IMG/VR virus record: IMGVR_UViG_2737471863_000004
Span: 1-49,997 of that record
Direction: 5' to 3' (one strand)
Source of the DNA: a virus
Lineage: Duplodnaviria > Heunggongvirae > Uroviricota > Caudoviricetes
DNA: 49,997 nucleotides
Shown: piece after piece, positions 28,521 through 39,814 of the stretch
Position numbering within the stretch: the stretch's first letter is position 1
Layout: each line of letters opens with the position of its first letter
The notes under the pieces: generated by a model
Seen by the model: only the letters and a program-made list of their open reading frames with translations
Databases searched by the model: none
What the model was told of the DNA's origin: nothing
Position numbers and translations under genes: made by a program

Positions 28521-28901
28521 ATGAACGACCAGCAAATCGAAAAAGAAATCGTTGAGAAAGGCAAAACGGCACCGCGAATCACCCCGCAGCACATCGAAGA
28601 CGTGATTAAAAGCGAGCATTACTTTACTGCTTATGATGGACGAAATGGTGCCATTTCCAGCAACGAATATTGTGGCAGGGAAAAACCAGAAGAAGGCGAT
28701 CGTGATTTATCACCATTGAAGTTGCTCACTTTCTGCGTACTGGTGCTGAAGAATGGCTTCACCGTCACCGGAGAGAGTGCCTGTGCAAGCCCGGAAAACT
28801 TTGATGCAGAAATTGGTCGGAAGATTTCCCGGCAAAATGCTGTAAACAAAATCTGGATGCTCGAAGGTTACTTGCTGAAGCAGAAGCTAAGCGAGAAGTA
28901 G
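28521..28901 (+). CDS. Hypothetical protein, 126 aa (possibly Gp49/Sf6 gene 66 family)
   Basis: ORF upstream of the terminase genes; family assignment is a weak recollection. Confidence 0.4.
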   Translation: MNDQQIEKEIVEKGKTAPRITPQHIEDVIKSEHYFTAYDGRNGAISSNEYCGREKPEEGDRDLSPLKLLTFCVLVLKNGFTVTGESACASPENFDAEIGRKISRQNAVNKIWMLEGYLLKQKLSEK

Positions 28902-29004
28902 TTATTACAAAAGCCATTCCCTACAGAGTGGCTTTGATAATGGCTTATACCCTACACGGGATAACTTAACTGATATCCCTTTTAACGGATAAACGGAGCC
29001 AACA

Positions 29005-29247
29005 ATGGCAGAGATTATTCCCATGACTGAAGAACAGAAATTCCAGTTAGAGATTTACAAACTGGTCATGAACCAGAACGCAGCCGCGGAGGAAGCATTT
29101 CAATTCATCGGCACTGACGAGCTGAAGCTTGAGCTATTCAAAATTCACTTCCAGTCAGGCGGCGCTAATTCAGATATCACGACCCGCACAATCGAAGCGG
29201 TGCGTAAATCGAAGGAAGCGTTAGACCTGTTCACTACCGGAGCATAA
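29005..29247 (+). CDS. Hypothetical protein, 80 aa
   Basis: ORF only. Confidence 0.45.
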   Translation: MAEIIPMTEEQKFQLEIYKLVMNQNAAAEEAFQFIGTDELKLELFKIHFQSGGANSDITTRTIEAVRKSKEALDLFTTGA

Positions 29248-29249
29248 AC

Positions 29250-29693
29250 ATGGCGCGCCCAACAAAGTATCAAGAGGCGTATGCCGAACAGGCACGCAAA
29301 CTGTGCTTGCTGGGCTATACAGACGCCGAACTCGCTGACTTCTTTGAAGTTAGCGAGGCAACAATCAACAATTGGAAATTGGAATATCCGGAGTTTTTAG
29401 AGTCCATAAAAAAGGGTAAGGCCGTCGCTGATGCAGAAGTTAGTGATCGTCTTTATCAACGCGCTATGGGCTTCGTGGCTCCAGACATCGATATTCGTGT
29501 TATTGAAAACAGAATTGTCGAAACTCCGCTTAAGAAGTATTACCCGCCTGATACAACTGCCGCCATCTTCTGGCTCAAGAACAGACAGAAAGATAAATGG
29601 CGAGAGAAGCAGGACGTCAACCATACATCTGATGACGGCTCCATGACTCCAAAAGCTCCAGTGTATAACATTGTAAAAAGCGAGACGCAATGA
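29250..29693 (+). CDS. Terminase small subunit
   Basis: 147 aa immediately upstream of the large terminase, with an overlapping stop/start. Confidence 0.7.
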   Translation: MARPTKYQEAYAEQARKLCLLGYTDAELADFFEVSEATINNWKLEYPEFLESIKKGKAVADAEVSDRLYQRAMGFVAPDIDIRVIENRIVETPLKKYYPPDTTAAIFWLKNRQKDKWREKQDVNHTSDDGSMTPKAPVYNIVKSETQ

Positions 29694-31168
29694 CAGAGCA
29701 ATGCAGCATTCCTGAAGCGTTTGAGGAATACCTGCAGCCAGCCAGATTCAAGGTAGCTTATGGCGGGCGAGGTTCCGCCAAGACGCGAACGTTCATAACA
29801 ATCCTCCTCAATAACGTCATCTATCACGGATGGAAGCTTATCTGTTTTCGTGAGTACATGAAGTCCATCAAGGAATCATGCTATGCGGAAATTGTTGAAG
29901 AGATTAACCGCCGAAACCTCCACTCACTGGTGACTATCAATAAGACAGAGATATTTGCCAATAGCGGCGGACGTATCAGTTTCGACTTCCTGCGCCTTAA
30001 CGTGGAAAATATCAAAGGTTACGCAAACTTCGATGCCGCCCTTGTAGAGGAAGCAGAAAACGTATCAAAGGACTCATGGGAAACGCTTATCCCAACGGTA
30101 CGTAAAGAGTTCTACAGCGCTGAGTATGGTCGAGTGGTTGAGTCGGAAATATGGGTTGCATACAACCCGAAGAACAGACTCAGCGATACACATCAGCGCT
30201 TTGTTACGAATCGCATATACCCCGACTATGACGAAAACGGTAATCGCTACTGCATCGTCAAGCAGATCAACTACACAGCTAATCCATGGTTCCCGGAAAC
30301 TCTCCGCAGGGATATGGAGATTATGAAGAAGGCTAATCACGAGCTTTATCGGCATGTGTATCTTGGTGAACCGGTGGGGGCATCAGAAATGGCTATTATC
30401 AAGTTTGCATGGTTAGAGGCTGCAACAGACGCCCACATTAAGCTCGGATGGAAAGCTAAAGGTGCAGTGATTGCAGCGCATGACCCGTCAGACACCGGCC
30501 CAGATGCCAAAGGATATGCAGTGCGACATGGATCAGTTGTTAAGCGCGTATGTGAAGGGCTGCTCATGGATATAAACGAGGGTGCTGATTGGGCATCTTC
30601 ATTGGCGGTAATCGATGATGTTGATCATTTCCTGTTTGATGGAGATGGACTTGGAGCAGGGCTTCGTCGACAGATAACAGACTATTTCAGTGGAAAGAAA
30701 GTCACCGTAACAATGTTTAAAGGTAGTGAATCGCCATTCGACGAAGATGCTCCATATCAGGCTGGGGCATGGACTGATGAAGTTGTGCAGGGTGATAACG
30801 TCCGCACTATTGGAGATGTATTCCGAAACAAGCGAGCGCAGTTCTATTACACGCTGGCTGACAGGCTTTATCGAACATACCGGGCGGTAGAGCATGGTGA
30901 ATACGCCGACCCTGATGAAATGCTTAGCTTTGACAAAGAGGCTATTGGAGAGAATATCCTCAACAAGCTATTCGCAGAGCTAACGCAGATCCAACGCAAA
31001 TTCAACGGCAACGGAAAGCTTGAGCTGATGACCAAAGTCGAAATGAAGCAGAAGCTCGGTATTCCATCTCCTAACCTGGCTGATGCGCTGATGATGTGTA
31101 TGCATTGCCCGGAGTCGGCTGCGAAACCCGACTATTCCAGTTACTCAATTCCTTGTGGTGTAGGTTGA
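29690..31168 (+). CDS. Terminase large subunit
   Basis: 492 aa; Walker A-like YGGRGSAKT near the N-terminus and a C-terminal nuclease-like region. Confidence 0.9.
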   Translation: MTEQCSIPEAFEEYLQPARFKVAYGGRGSAKTRTFITILLNNVIYHGWKLICFREYMKSIKESCYAEIVEEINRRNLHSLVTINKTEIFANSGGRISFDFLRLNVENIKGYANFDAALVEEAENVSKDSWETLIPTVRKEFYSAEYGRVVESEIWVAYNPKNRLSDTHQRFVTNRIYPDYDENGNRYCIVKQINYTANPWFPETLRRDMEIMKKANHELYRHVYLGEPVGASEMAIIKFAWLEAATDAHIKLGWKAKGAVIAAHDPSDTGPDAKGYAVRHGSVVKRVCEGLLMDINEGADWASSLAVIDDVDHFLFDGDGLGAGLRRQITDYFSGKKVTVTMFKGSESPFDEDAPYQAGAWTDEVVQGDNVRTIGDVFRNKRAQFYYTLADRLYRTYRAVEHGEYADPDEMLSFDKEAIGENILNKLFAELTQIQRKFNGNGKLELMTKVEMKQKLGIPSPNLADALMMCMHCPESAAKPDYSSYSIPCGVG

Positions 31169-31169
31169 T

Positions 31170-33368
31170 ATGGCAGAAAAAAAGATGACTGACTGGCATC
31201 GCAAGGTGCTGTGCAACTTTGATAATGCCTGGTCAGCAACGCAGGATATGCGTGAGCAGATTATTGAGGCTCAACGTTTCGTCCGGGTGTCCGGCGCACA
31301 GTGGGAAGGCAGTACAAACGCTGGTTACTCATTTGATGAGGGCAGGTTTGAGCATTACCCGCGCTTTGAACTGAATAAGATTGCCCGTGAATGTGATCGC
31401 ATCATTGGCGAGTATCGACAGAATCGCATCAGCGTTAAATTCAGGCCGAAGGACGATAAGGCATCGGAAGCGTTAGCCGAAAAGATGAACGGCAAATTCC
31501 GCGCTGATTATCAGGAAACATCCGGTGGCGAAGCGTGTGATAACGCATTTGATGATGCTGTAACGGGCGGATTTGGTTGTTTCCGCATGTGTGCCGATTA
31601 CGAAGATGAAATGGATCCGAGTAACGAGCAGCGACGCATCAGCCTTCTTCCTGTTTACGACCCAGCGACATGCGTCTTCTTCGATCAGGACAGCAAGCAA
31701 TATGACCGCTCTGATGCTATGTGGGCTATGGAAATGTTCTCCATGACGCCTAAAGCGTTCGAGGATGAATACCCTGATTCCATCGCGGCAAGCCTTTCTC
31801 GTGATGACACTGGCACTCAATATGACTGGTCAACGCCAGATGCCATCTATGTTGGTCGCTACTACGAAGTTCGCATAGAGAAGGTGAAGCTCACGGCATG
31901 GCGCAACCCTGTTAGCGGAGAAACGGCAATCTATGATGAAGAGCAAATCAAAGATATTGTCGACGAGCTGACCGATGGTGCATTCGAACTGATTGGCGAG
32001 CGAACGGTGAAGAAGCGCCGCGTTTATTGCGGTCTTCTGTCTGGCGCTGAATGGCTGGAAGAACCGAAGCGTATTCCGGGCGAACATATTCCTCTCATTC
32101 CGGTATATGGGCGTCGCTCATTTGTTGATAATCAGGAGCGAATCGAAGGCCACGCAGCAAAAGCGATGGATGCACAGCGTCTTGAGAACCTGATGGTTTC
32201 CATGATTGCAGATAACGCCACTCAGGCTGGCGGTGATGGCATTCCTGTAGTTGATGTTGACATGATTCCTGGTCCTCTCGCCACTCATTGGGCGGAGCGC
32301 AACAAAAAGCGCCCGGCGTTCCTGCCGATGGTCAGTCTGAAAAACAAAAACGGAGATATTACTGCGCAGGCTCAGGTCAGCAGTTATACGCCTCCGACAC
32401 AAATGCCTCCAGCTCTTGCCGGGCTATTGCAGTACACCGGAACGGCTATTCAGCAAATTACAGGTGCGTCGCAGCTTGAGAACATGCCGAGCAACGTCGC
32501 CACCGATACCGTTGATAGCATTTTTAACCGGATGGACACGCAGTCCTATATCTACATGGACAACATGGCTAAATCCATGCGCCGTGCTGGCGTCGTGTGG
32601 CTTTCTATGGCTCGTGAAGTCTATGGCAGCGATACGCCAATGCGCATCGTTAATGAGGATGGCAGCGATGACGTGGCGCTGATGACTGGTGAAGTGGTTG
32701 ACCGTCAGACAGGGCAGGTTATCGCGCTTAACGACCTTTCGCAGGGTAACTATGAAGTGACTGTCGATGTCGGTCAGTCGTTCGCTACTCGCCGTGATGC
32801 AACGGTTAAGTCGTTACTTTCCATGCTGGCACTTATCCCACCAGGAACGCCGAAGCACGACCTTGTATCGTCGATGATTCTCGACAATATGGACGGCGAA
32901 GGGATGGACGACCTTAAAGAATACAACCGCAATCAGTTGCTTCTGTCTGGAGTTATCAAGCCGAGAACACCAGAAGAACAGCAGATGGTTGAGCAGGCGA
33001 AACAACAACAGGCCAGTCAGCCAGATCCGGCTATGGTTGCAGCGCAAGGTCAGCTTCTTGCTGGTCAGGCTGAATTGCAGAAAGCGCAGAACGAACAGGC
33101 AGCCATTCAGGTTAAAGCATTCCAGGCACAGACTGATGCTCAGGTTGCAGCGGCAAATGTTGTGAAAATACTCGCATCTGCCGATAGTCAGCAGAAATCT
33201 GATATCCGCGAGGCTCTGAAACTGCTCGGACAGTTCCAGCAACAGCAAGGAGATAATGCCCGTGCTGATGCAGAGCTTGTCCTGAAAAGTCAGGCACAGG
33301 GCCATGCGCAGCGCATGGACATCAGCAGCATCCTGCAAAAATCAACTCAGCAACAACCACAGCAGTAA
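31170..33368 (+). CDS. Portal protein (P22 gp1-like)
   Basis: 732 aa; blocks RRRVY, GEHIPLIPVYG, PRTPEEQQ, QGQLLAGQAELQKAQN, ARADAELVLK and HAQRMDI match P22 portal as recalled. Confidence 0.9.
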   Translation: MAEKKMTDWHRKVLCNFDNAWSATQDMREQIIEAQRFVRVSGAQWEGSTNAGYSFDEGRFEHYPRFELNKIARECDRIIGEYRQNRISVKFRPKDDKASEALAEKMNGKFRADYQETSGGEACDNAFDDAVTGGFGCFRMCADYEDEMDPSNEQRRISLLPVYDPATCVFFDQDSKQYDRSDAMWAMEMFSMTPKAFEDEYPDSIAASLSRDDTGTQYDWSTPDAIYVGRYYEVRIEKVKLTAWRNPVSGETAIYDEEQIKDIVDELTDGAFELIGERTVKKRRVYCGLLSGAEWLEEPKRIPGEHIPLIPVYGRRSFVDNQERIEGHAAKAMDAQRLENLMVSMIADNATQAGGDGIPVVDVDMIPGPLATHWAERNKKRPAFLPMVSLKNKNGDITAQAQVSSYTPPTQMPPALAGLLQYTGTAIQQITGASQLENMPSNVATDTVDSIFNRMDTQSYIYMDNMAKSMRRAGVVWLSMAREVYGSDTPMRIVNEDGSDDVALMTGEVVDRQTGQVIALNDLSQGNYEVTVDVGQSFATRRDATVKSLLSMLALIPPGTPKHDLVSSMILDNMDGEGMDDLKEYNRNQLLLSGVIKPRTPEEQQMVEQAKQQQASQPDPAMVAAQGQLLAGQAELQKAQNEQAAIQVKAFQAQTDAQVAAANVVKILASADSQQKSDIREALKLLGQFQQQQGDNARADAELVLKSQAQGHAQRMDISSILQKSTQQQPQQ

Positions 33369-33458
33369 TTAACCCATAACGTGCAATGGCTGTCTTTATG
33401 AGGCCTGGCACCCTATTGCCTTCCGATGGGCTGAACATCGAGTAAACAGGGGTAACAA

Positions 33459-34352
33459 ATGGACCAGATGGCAGAAAACACACCAGAAGTTGAAATCGAA
33501 ACCGACGCGTCAGAGCAGATTCCTGATGATGTCGAACTGGTTGAAGAAGTCGAAACAGAAGATGGCAGTGAGTCCTCCGGCAATGCTGCAGAGGAAGCTA
33601 CTGAAACTGATGACGACGAATCAGAACAGGAATTCTACTTTGGTGACGAAAAGCTGGATTCGCCAACCAGCGAAGATGGCGCAGAGCATGGACTGGTAAA
33701 ACACCTGCGCAAGACGATTAAAGAGAAAGACCGCGAGCTGAAAGAGCTGATGCGTCAGTCTCAGAAACCCGTCGAGCAGCAGCCGGTAATCACTCAACCA
33801 CCGCGAATGCCAAAACTGGATGATGAGGACATCGGTTTCGATGAAGAAATCTATCAGCAACGCATGGCTAAGTGGGCAGACGATAACGGAAAGTACCAGC
33901 AACAGGAGATGGCTCGCAAGCAGAAGGAGCAGGAGCTTCAGGCTGCTTATCAAGAGCGATTATCCAAATATCAGCAACGTGTTAAGGCTCTCAAGGTTCC
34001 TGGCTATCAGGAAGCAGAACAGGCCGTACTCGAGGAAATCCCCATCGAGACACAAAACGCGATCTTGTTTGAGTCAGAGAAGCCGGAAATCGTTGTTCTG
34101 GCACTCGGTCGCAACGCTGAACTGCGCAAGCAACTGGCAGAAGCTACCAACCCCGTAGCAATTGGTCGTCTGCTGGAACGTATCGAATCGAAGGCCAGAA
34201 TCATGCCAAAAGCAAAAACCACGGCAGCCACAACCCCGACAGTTAAGGGGAGCAACGGCGCAGTAATCAACAACCTCGACAAACTGAAAGCCAAGGCGCT
34301 GGAAACTGGTGACTGGACGCCGTATTTCGCCGCTAAAAAGGCAAAAAAATAA
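33459..34352 (+). CDS. Scaffolding protein (P22 gp8-like)
   Basis: 297 aa, highly acidic N-terminus, coiled-coil, positioned between portal and coat. Confidence 0.7.
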   Translation: MDQMAENTPEVEIETDASEQIPDDVELVEEVETEDGSESSGNAAEEATETDDDESEQEFYFGDEKLDSPTSEDGAEHGLVKHLRKTIKEKDRELKELMRQSQKPVEQQPVITQPPRMPKLDDEDIGFDEEIYQQRMAKWADDNGKYQQQEMARKQKEQELQAAYQERLSKYQQRVKALKVPGYQEAEQAVLEEIPIETQNAILFESEKPEIVVLALGRNAELRKQLAEATNPVAIGRLLERIESKARIMPKAKTTAATTPTVKGSNGAVINNLDKLKAKALETGDWTPYFAAKKAKK

Positions 34353-34370
34353 CCTATCGGAGCATTAAGC

Positions 34371-35624
34371 ATGGCTAACCAATTAGCAAAAGACCTTGAA
34401 ATCATGTTCGAAAACTACGTTGAAGGCTTTGAGGCCGCCTGCGTAGTTTCCCGTAACGCTAAAAAATTCCGTCCCGGTGATACAGCAATGCAGCGAGCAG
34501 GTGATGTTCTGTATCGTCCGCAGCATTACCACATGAACATTGAGGAAGGCCTCGATCTCAGCGGAAAAACGCCAACAGCACTGGTTCAGCGCCTTGTTCC
34601 TTCAGTGTTCAAGGAGCCGAAAAACATTCTGTACACTCTGGATGCGCGTGAAATGCGTGACCCGGAACATAAAACTGAAGCTGGTCGCGCCGCAGGTATG
34701 CGCCTTGCTGCACAGATTGACTCTGACCTGATTTCCATGGTCACACAGCGTGCTACTAACGTGATCACAATGGCTGACTCAACCACTGGTTCACAGGGCC
34801 GTGATTTGTGGAACTGTGCGGCAGGTATTGATGCCACCATGACGGCGATTGGTGTACCACAGGGTATCAACCGCCGCTCTTTCTGGAACCCCTTCAACTA
34901 TAAAGACCTTGCTGGCGAGCTTGGTCACCGTGCCTATGCTCAGGGCGCAACCCTGACAGCATACGAAAAAGCGCAGATCCCTCCGGTTGCTTCCTTTGAT
35001 AGCTACAAGACCGATATTTCTGGTCGTGTTCCGAAGGGTACAGCAACTTCCATTACGCTGGCAGCAGCACCTGCGCACAAGGTTGAAGCGAAAGATGCTA
35101 ACGATATGCCAGTGGATAACCGACAGGGGACCATTACGGTATCTGCTGAAGGTTTGCAGGTTGGCGATGCGTTTACCATCGCAGGGGTGAATTCCGTACA
35201 CCAGATCACCAAAGATACCACCGGGCAGCCGCAGGTATTCCGCGTTCTGGCAGTTAGCGGAACGACAGTAACTATCTCCCCGAAAATTCTGCCGCCTGAC
35301 AACGCGGATGTCGCCAGCCGTCCATATGCAAACGTTGATGCTAATGCGGCAAGTAGCGCAGCAATTACCATTCTCAACAAAAATGCCGCACCGGCTAACC
35401 TGTTCTGGGCTGATGGTTCTGTTGAACTGATGTACGGCAAACTGGCGTTCCCGACTGGTCAGGGTCCACAGGTAATGACAGCAACCACCGAGCAGGGCGC
35501 TACGCTGATCATGTCTTACGCCTTCGACCATATCAAAGGCGTAACCACTGCGCGTTTCACCACTCTGTACGGTTGCTCTGTACTGGTTCCTGAATATACG
35601 GGCATCGTTATTGCCGGGCAGTAA
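34371..35624 (+). CDS. Major coat protein (P22 gp5-like)
   Basis: 417 aa, followed by a strong intrinsic terminator; P22-like gene order. Confidence 0.75.
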   Translation: MANQLAKDLEIMFENYVEGFEAACVVSRNAKKFRPGDTAMQRAGDVLYRPQHYHMNIEEGLDLSGKTPTALVQRLVPSVFKEPKNILYTLDAREMRDPEHKTEAGRAAGMRLAAQIDSDLISMVTQRATNVITMADSTTGSQGRDLWNCAAGIDATMTAIGVPQGINRRSFWNPFNYKDLAGELGHRAYAQGATLTAYEKAQIPPVASFDSYKTDISGRVPKGTATSITLAAAPAHKVEAKDANDMPVDNRQGTITVSAEGLQVGDAFTIAGVNSVHQITKDTTGQPQVFRVLAVSGTTVTISPKILPPDNADVASRPYANVDANAASSAAITILNKNAAPANLFWADGSVELMYGKLAFPTGQGPQVMTATTEQGATLIMSYAFDHIKGVTTARFTTLYGCSVLVPEYTGIVIAGQ

Positions 35625-35629
35625 TTTTA

Positions 35630-35653
35630 GTGGGGCTTCGGCCCCATTTTTAT
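35630..35653 (+). terminator. Intrinsic terminator after the coat gene
   Basis: Hairpin GGGGCTTCGGCCCC followed by ATTTTTA. Confidence 0.6.
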
Positions 35654-35665
35654 TGGGAGAAGACA

Positions 35666-35854
35666 ATGGCACGAACAATGCTCTATAAGCCGGGCAACAT
35701 GATCACCTGTGGTCAGTTTGCTGTCGATTACATCATTGTTGATGACGAAGAAGTTAAATCTCACCTGAAAAAAGGCTGGGTAAAAACTCCTGAAGAAACC
35801 GCAACGAAGCAAAAAGTGGCTAAGGCGGAAGAAGATGGCGAAAACGAAGGGTGA
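35666..35854 (+). CDS. Small hypothetical protein
   Basis: Internal Met MARTMLYKPGN of track ORF 35630..35854. Confidence 0.4.
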   Translation: MARTMLYKPGNMITCGQFAVDYIIVDDEEVKSHLKKGWVKTPEETATKQKVAKAEEDGENEG

Positions 35855-36296
35855 TCTCGTTCTAAAGGCTTTACGAAAAGCCGGGCTGTATTCCAATGCC
35901 ACGTTGACAGATGCTGACCCTCAGGCAATTGAAGATGCCATTAATGACCTCGAAGACATGATGGCAGCATGGCAGGCTAAAGGTATCGAGCTTGGGTATC
36001 AGTTTGCTGATACAGAAAACGGCATCATGCCGTTACCTGACGATGATTCAGGTATCCCTGCATGGGCAAATGATGGCGTCGCTTTGAAACTCGCTGTGCA
36101 AGTGTGCATGGATAACGTCATTCAGCCGTCAGACGCTCTCCTTACCGCTGCTGACAGTGCATATCAGACAATCTGTATCGCTTTAACCAAAATACCACCA
36201 CTTGAGCGGCGAAATGACATGCCTCGCGGTAGTGGTAACAAAAGCGCGTTTACGTGGAATCGGTTTTACATCGAGAAAGATGATCCGAGTACGTGA
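35835..36296 (+). CDS. Head completion / tail hub protein (P22 gp4-like)
   Basis: 153 aa at the gp4 position of the P22 gene order. Confidence 0.6.
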   Translation: MAKTKGDLVLKALRKAGLYSNATLTDADPQAIEDAINDLEDMMAAWQAKGIELGYQFADTENGIMPLPDDDSGIPAWANDGVALKLAVQVCMDNVIQPSDALLTAADSAYQTICIALTKIPPLERRNDMPRGSGNKSAFTWNRFYIEKDDPST

Positions 36297-36305
36297 GGTG
36301 AATAA

Positions 36306-37724
36306 ATGCCGATTCAGCAACTTCCGCTTATGAAAGGTGTCGGCAAAGACTTTCGAAACGCCGACTATATCGACTATCTGCCAGTGAATATGTTGGCTAC
36401 ACCCAAAGAAATCCTCAACAGCAGCGGATATCTTCGTTCATTCCCGGGCATTGCCAAACGTTCTGATGTGAACGGCGTATCGCGCGGCGTCGAGTACAAC
36501 ATGGCGCAGAGTGCTGTTTATCGCGTGTGTGGTGGCAAGCTGTACAAAGGAGAAAATGCAGTCGGTGATGTTGCCGGAAGTGGTCGCGTATCAATGGCGC
36601 ATGGTCGAACATCACAGGCGGTAGGCGTTAACGGGCAACTGGTCGAATACCGTTATGATGGCACGATTAAAACCGTCTCAAACTGGCCTGCAGACAGCGG
36701 GTTTACGCAGTATGAGTTAGGTTCGGTTCGCGACATTACGCGTTTACGTGGGCGTTATGCGTGGTCAAAAGACGGCACTGATTCATGGTTTATCACTGAC
36801 CTTGGAGACGAATCGCATCCTGACCGTTACAGCGCACAATATCGTGCCGAGTCTCAGCCGGACGGCATCATCGGTATCGGGACATGGCGAGACTTCATCG
36901 TCTGCTTTGGTTCATCGACTATTGAATATTTCTCCCTTACTGGCGAAACCACCGTTGGTGCTGCTTTGTATGTCGCACAGCCATCACTGATGGTGCAAAA
37001 AGGCATCGCCGGGACTTACTGCAAAACGCCGTTTGCTGATTCCTATGCGTTCATCAGCAATCCGGCAACGGGTGCGCCGTCTGTATACATCATCGGCTCC
37101 GGTCAGGTGTCACCAATCGCCAGCGCGAGCATTGAGAAAATCCTCCGCTCCTACACTGCTGATGAACTGGCTGATGGTGTGATGGAATCGCTGCGATTTG
37201 ATGCTCATGAGTTGCTGATTATCCACCTTCCTCGCCATGTTCTCGTGTACGACGCATCTTCAAGCGCCAATGGTCCGCAATGGTGTGTGTTGAAAACAGG
37301 CCTGTATGACGATGTGTACCGCGCTATCGACTTCATTTACGAAGGCAATCAGATAACGTGCGGCGATAAGCTGGAATCTGTTACCGGGAAACTGCAATTC
37401 GACATCAGCAGCCAGTACGACAAGCAACAGGAACACCTGCTGTTTACTCCGTTATTCAAAGCGGATAACGCCAGAGTTTTCGACCTTGAAGTTGAATCGT
37501 CAACTGGCGTTGCGCAGTACGCTGACCGCCTGTTCCTCTCTGCTACCACTGACGGCATAAATTACGGGCGTGAGCAGATGATTGAGCAGAATGAACCGTT
37601 CGTTTACGACAAACGCGTTTTGTGGAAGCGAGTTGGGCGCATCAGGAAAAATGTCGGCTTCAAATTGCGCGTTATTACGAAGTCACCAGTCACTCTGTCT
37701 GGCTGCCAGATAAGGATTGAGTAA
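36306..37724 (+). CDS. Tail hub protein (P22 gp10-like)
   Basis: 472 aa, the same length as P22 gp10, in the same gene order. Confidence 0.65.
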   Translation: MPIQQLPLMKGVGKDFRNADYIDYLPVNMLATPKEILNSSGYLRSFPGIAKRSDVNGVSRGVEYNMAQSAVYRVCGGKLYKGENAVGDVAGSGRVSMAHGRTSQAVGVNGQLVEYRYDGTIKTVSNWPADSGFTQYELGSVRDITRLRGRYAWSKDGTDSWFITDLGDESHPDRYSAQYRAESQPDGIIGIGTWRDFIVCFGSSTIEYFSLTGETTVGAALYVAQPSLMVQKGIAGTYCKTPFADSYAFISNPATGAPSVYIIGSGQVSPIASASIEKILRSYTADELADGVMESLRFDAHELLIIHLPRHVLVYDASSSANGPQWCVLKTGLYDDVYRAIDFIYEGNQITCGDKLESVTGKLQFDISSQYDKQQEHLLFTPLFKADNARVFDLEVESSTGVAQYADRLFLSATTDGINYGREQMIEQNEPFVYDKRVLWKRVGRIRKNVGFKLRVITKSPVTLSGCQIRIE

Positions 37725-38677
37725 TGGCGGATTCGAATCTCAATGTGCCGGTAATCATCCAAGCTACACGGCTCGACACATCAGTCCTTCCACGCAATAT
37801 CTTCTCGCAGTCGTATCTGCTTTACGTTATCGCACAGGGCACTGATGTTGGTAACGTGGCTAACAAAGCCAACGAGGCCGGACAGGGCGCTTATGATGCA
37901 CAGGTCAGGAACGATGAGCAGGATGTCACCCTTGCAGACCATGAATCCAGAATTGAAGCTGCTGAAGCAACTCTCATCAATCATGAAAATAGAATTGCAG
38001 CAGCGGAAAGCACTCTTGCAGATCATGAAACAAGGATTACGGCTGCTGAAACAGAGCTGGCTGATCACGAGACGCGAATTGCTGCCAATGAATCTGAGTT
38101 AGCAAACCATGATGCGCGCATAACTCAGAATACAAACGATATCGACGCACTTGATACCAGGCTCACAGCGGCAGAGGGAAGTATTTCGACGCTACAAAGC
38201 ACAGTTGGTGATCACTCAACAAGAATATCTGCGCTTGAGTATGCCACCACGCGCAAGAAATCAGAGGTTGTTTACTCAGGGGTATCGGTAACAATTCCGA
38301 CAGCGCCTACCAACCTTGTTAGCCTGCTGAAAACGCTCACGCCGTCATCCGGCACGTTGGCACCATTCTTCGACACCGTTAACAACAAGATGGTTGTGTT
38401 CAACGAGAACAAAACCTTGTTCTTCAAGCTGTCGATCGTCGGGACGTGGCCCAGCGGAACCGCCAACAGGTCAATGCAGCTAACCTTTTCCGGCTCTGTT
38501 CCTGACACACTGGTAAGCAGTCGTAATGCGGCGACAACAACCGACAACATCCTGTTAGCTACGTTCTTCAGTGTGGATAAAGACGGCTTTCTTGCCACAA
38601 ATGGCAGTACGTTAACCATTCAGTCAAATGGTGCGGCGTTTACTGCCACAACCATCAAAATCATTGCGGAGCAGTGA
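37724..38677 (+). CDS. Tail needle (P22 gp26-like) with extended C-terminal knob
   Basis: N-terminus [43 protein letters not shown] matches P22 gp26; repeats of ADHETRIxAAE; 317 aa versus about 233 in P22. Confidence 0.85.
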   Translation: MADSNLNVPVIIQATRLDTSVLPRNIFSQSYLLYVIAQGTDVGNVANKANEAGQGAYDAQVRNDEQDVTLADHESRIEAAEATLINHENRIAAAESTLADHETRITAAETELADHETRIAANESELANHDARITQNTNDIDALDTRLTAAEGSISTLQSTVGDHSTRISALEYATTRKKSEVVYSGVSVTIPTAPTNLVSLLKTLTPSSGTLAPFFDTVNNKMVVFNENKTLFFKLSIVGTWPSGTANRSMQLTFSGSVPDTLVSSRNAATTTDNILLATFFSVDKDGFLATNGSTLTIQSNGAAFTATTIKIIAEQ

Positions 38678-39156
38678 TGGAAATAAAGCTCATCGATAAT
38701 CCGGTGAAGCTTGCAGAATTCCTCAACAACCCGGCAAACACGGGAAATATCGTAGACAGTGGAGACAAATACTACATCAAGCCTGATGCGGTATACCTCG
38801 GCATCTACGAAGGACTGATGCTGGTCGGAGTGCATGAAGTGCGTAACTTCTGGCATAGCGTTGTTGAATGCCATGCGGTGTACGACCCCGGATTCCGTGG
38901 CGAATATGCACTGCAAGGGCATCGATTATTCTGCAAATGGCTTCTCGAAAACTCACCATTCCTTAACAGCATCACTATGGTTCCTGACACCACGAAATAC
39001 GGACGGGCAATTATCCGTTTGCTTGGCGCTACCCGTGTTGGTCACCTTGATGATGCTTATACCAGCAATGGAAATCCTGTAGGCATCACGATTTATCAGT
39101 TACCGCGCTCAAAATACGAGGAGCTAACGAATGTTAATTTTCCAGATTGCCAATAA
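38674..39156 (+). CDS. Head assembly protein (P22 gp14-like)
   Basis: 160 aa; positional assignment. Confidence 0.5.
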   Translation: MMEIKLIDNPVKLAEFLNNPANTGNIVDSGDKYYIKPDAVYLGIYEGLMLVGVHEVRNFWHSVVECHAVYDPGFRGEYALQGHRLFCKWLLENSPFLNSITMVPDTTKYGRAIIRLLGATRVGHLDDAYTSNGNPVGITIYQLPRSKYEELTNVNFPDCQ

Positions 39157-39805
39157 GCACCTCAGCAAAACTGTTTACTGCAAAGGTGGCAGTGATGGCG
39201 GTTCAAAAGCCCAGGCACGCGCAACTGAAAAGGGCATCGAATTGCAGCGCGAAATGTGGCAGACGAACATGCAAAACCTTGCACCGTTCACTCCACTCGC
39301 TCAGCAGTACGTATCAGAGTTGCAAAATCTTTCCTCTCTTCAGGGGCAAGGTCAGGCTCTTAACCAGTATTACAACTCTCAGCAGTATAAAGACCTTGCA
39401 GGGCAGGCGCGCTATCAGAGTCTGGCAGCAGCAGAGGCAACGGGTGGATTAGGCTCTACAGCAACAGGAAACCAGTTAGCAGCAATCGCACCTACACTCG
39501 GTCAAAACTGGCTGTCAGGTCAGATGAACAACTACAACAATCTGGCAAACATTGGCCTTGGTGCTCTTACAGGTCAGGCAAACGCCGGGCAGAACTACGC
39601 TAACAACGTCAGCCAGTTGTACCAACAGCAGGCGGCAGCATCTGCGGCGAATGCTAACCGACCATCAGGATTGCAATCAGCTTTGGGCGGTGCCATGAGC
39701 GGTGCGGCATCAGGGGCGATGATTGGCTCTGTGGTGCCTGGAATAGGTACAGCTGTTGGCGCTATTGGTGGCGGTATTATCGGTGGTCTTGGATCATTGT
39801 TTTAA
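39131..39805 (+). CDS. Ejection protein (P22 gp7-like)
   Basis: 224 aa; Gly/Ala-rich C-terminus; positional assignment. Confidence 0.55.
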   Translation: MLIFQIANKHLSKTVYCKGGSDGGSKAQARATEKGIELQREMWQTNMQNLAPFTPLAQQYVSELQNLSSLQGQGQALNQYYNSQQYKDLAGQARYQSLAAAEATGGLGSTATGNQLAAIAPTLGQNWLSGQMNNYNNLANIGLGALTGQANAGQNYANNVSQLYQQQAAASAANANRPSGLQSALGGAMSGAASGAMIGSVVPGIGTAVGAIGGGIIGGLGSLF

Positions 39806-39814
39806 GGTGGGAAT

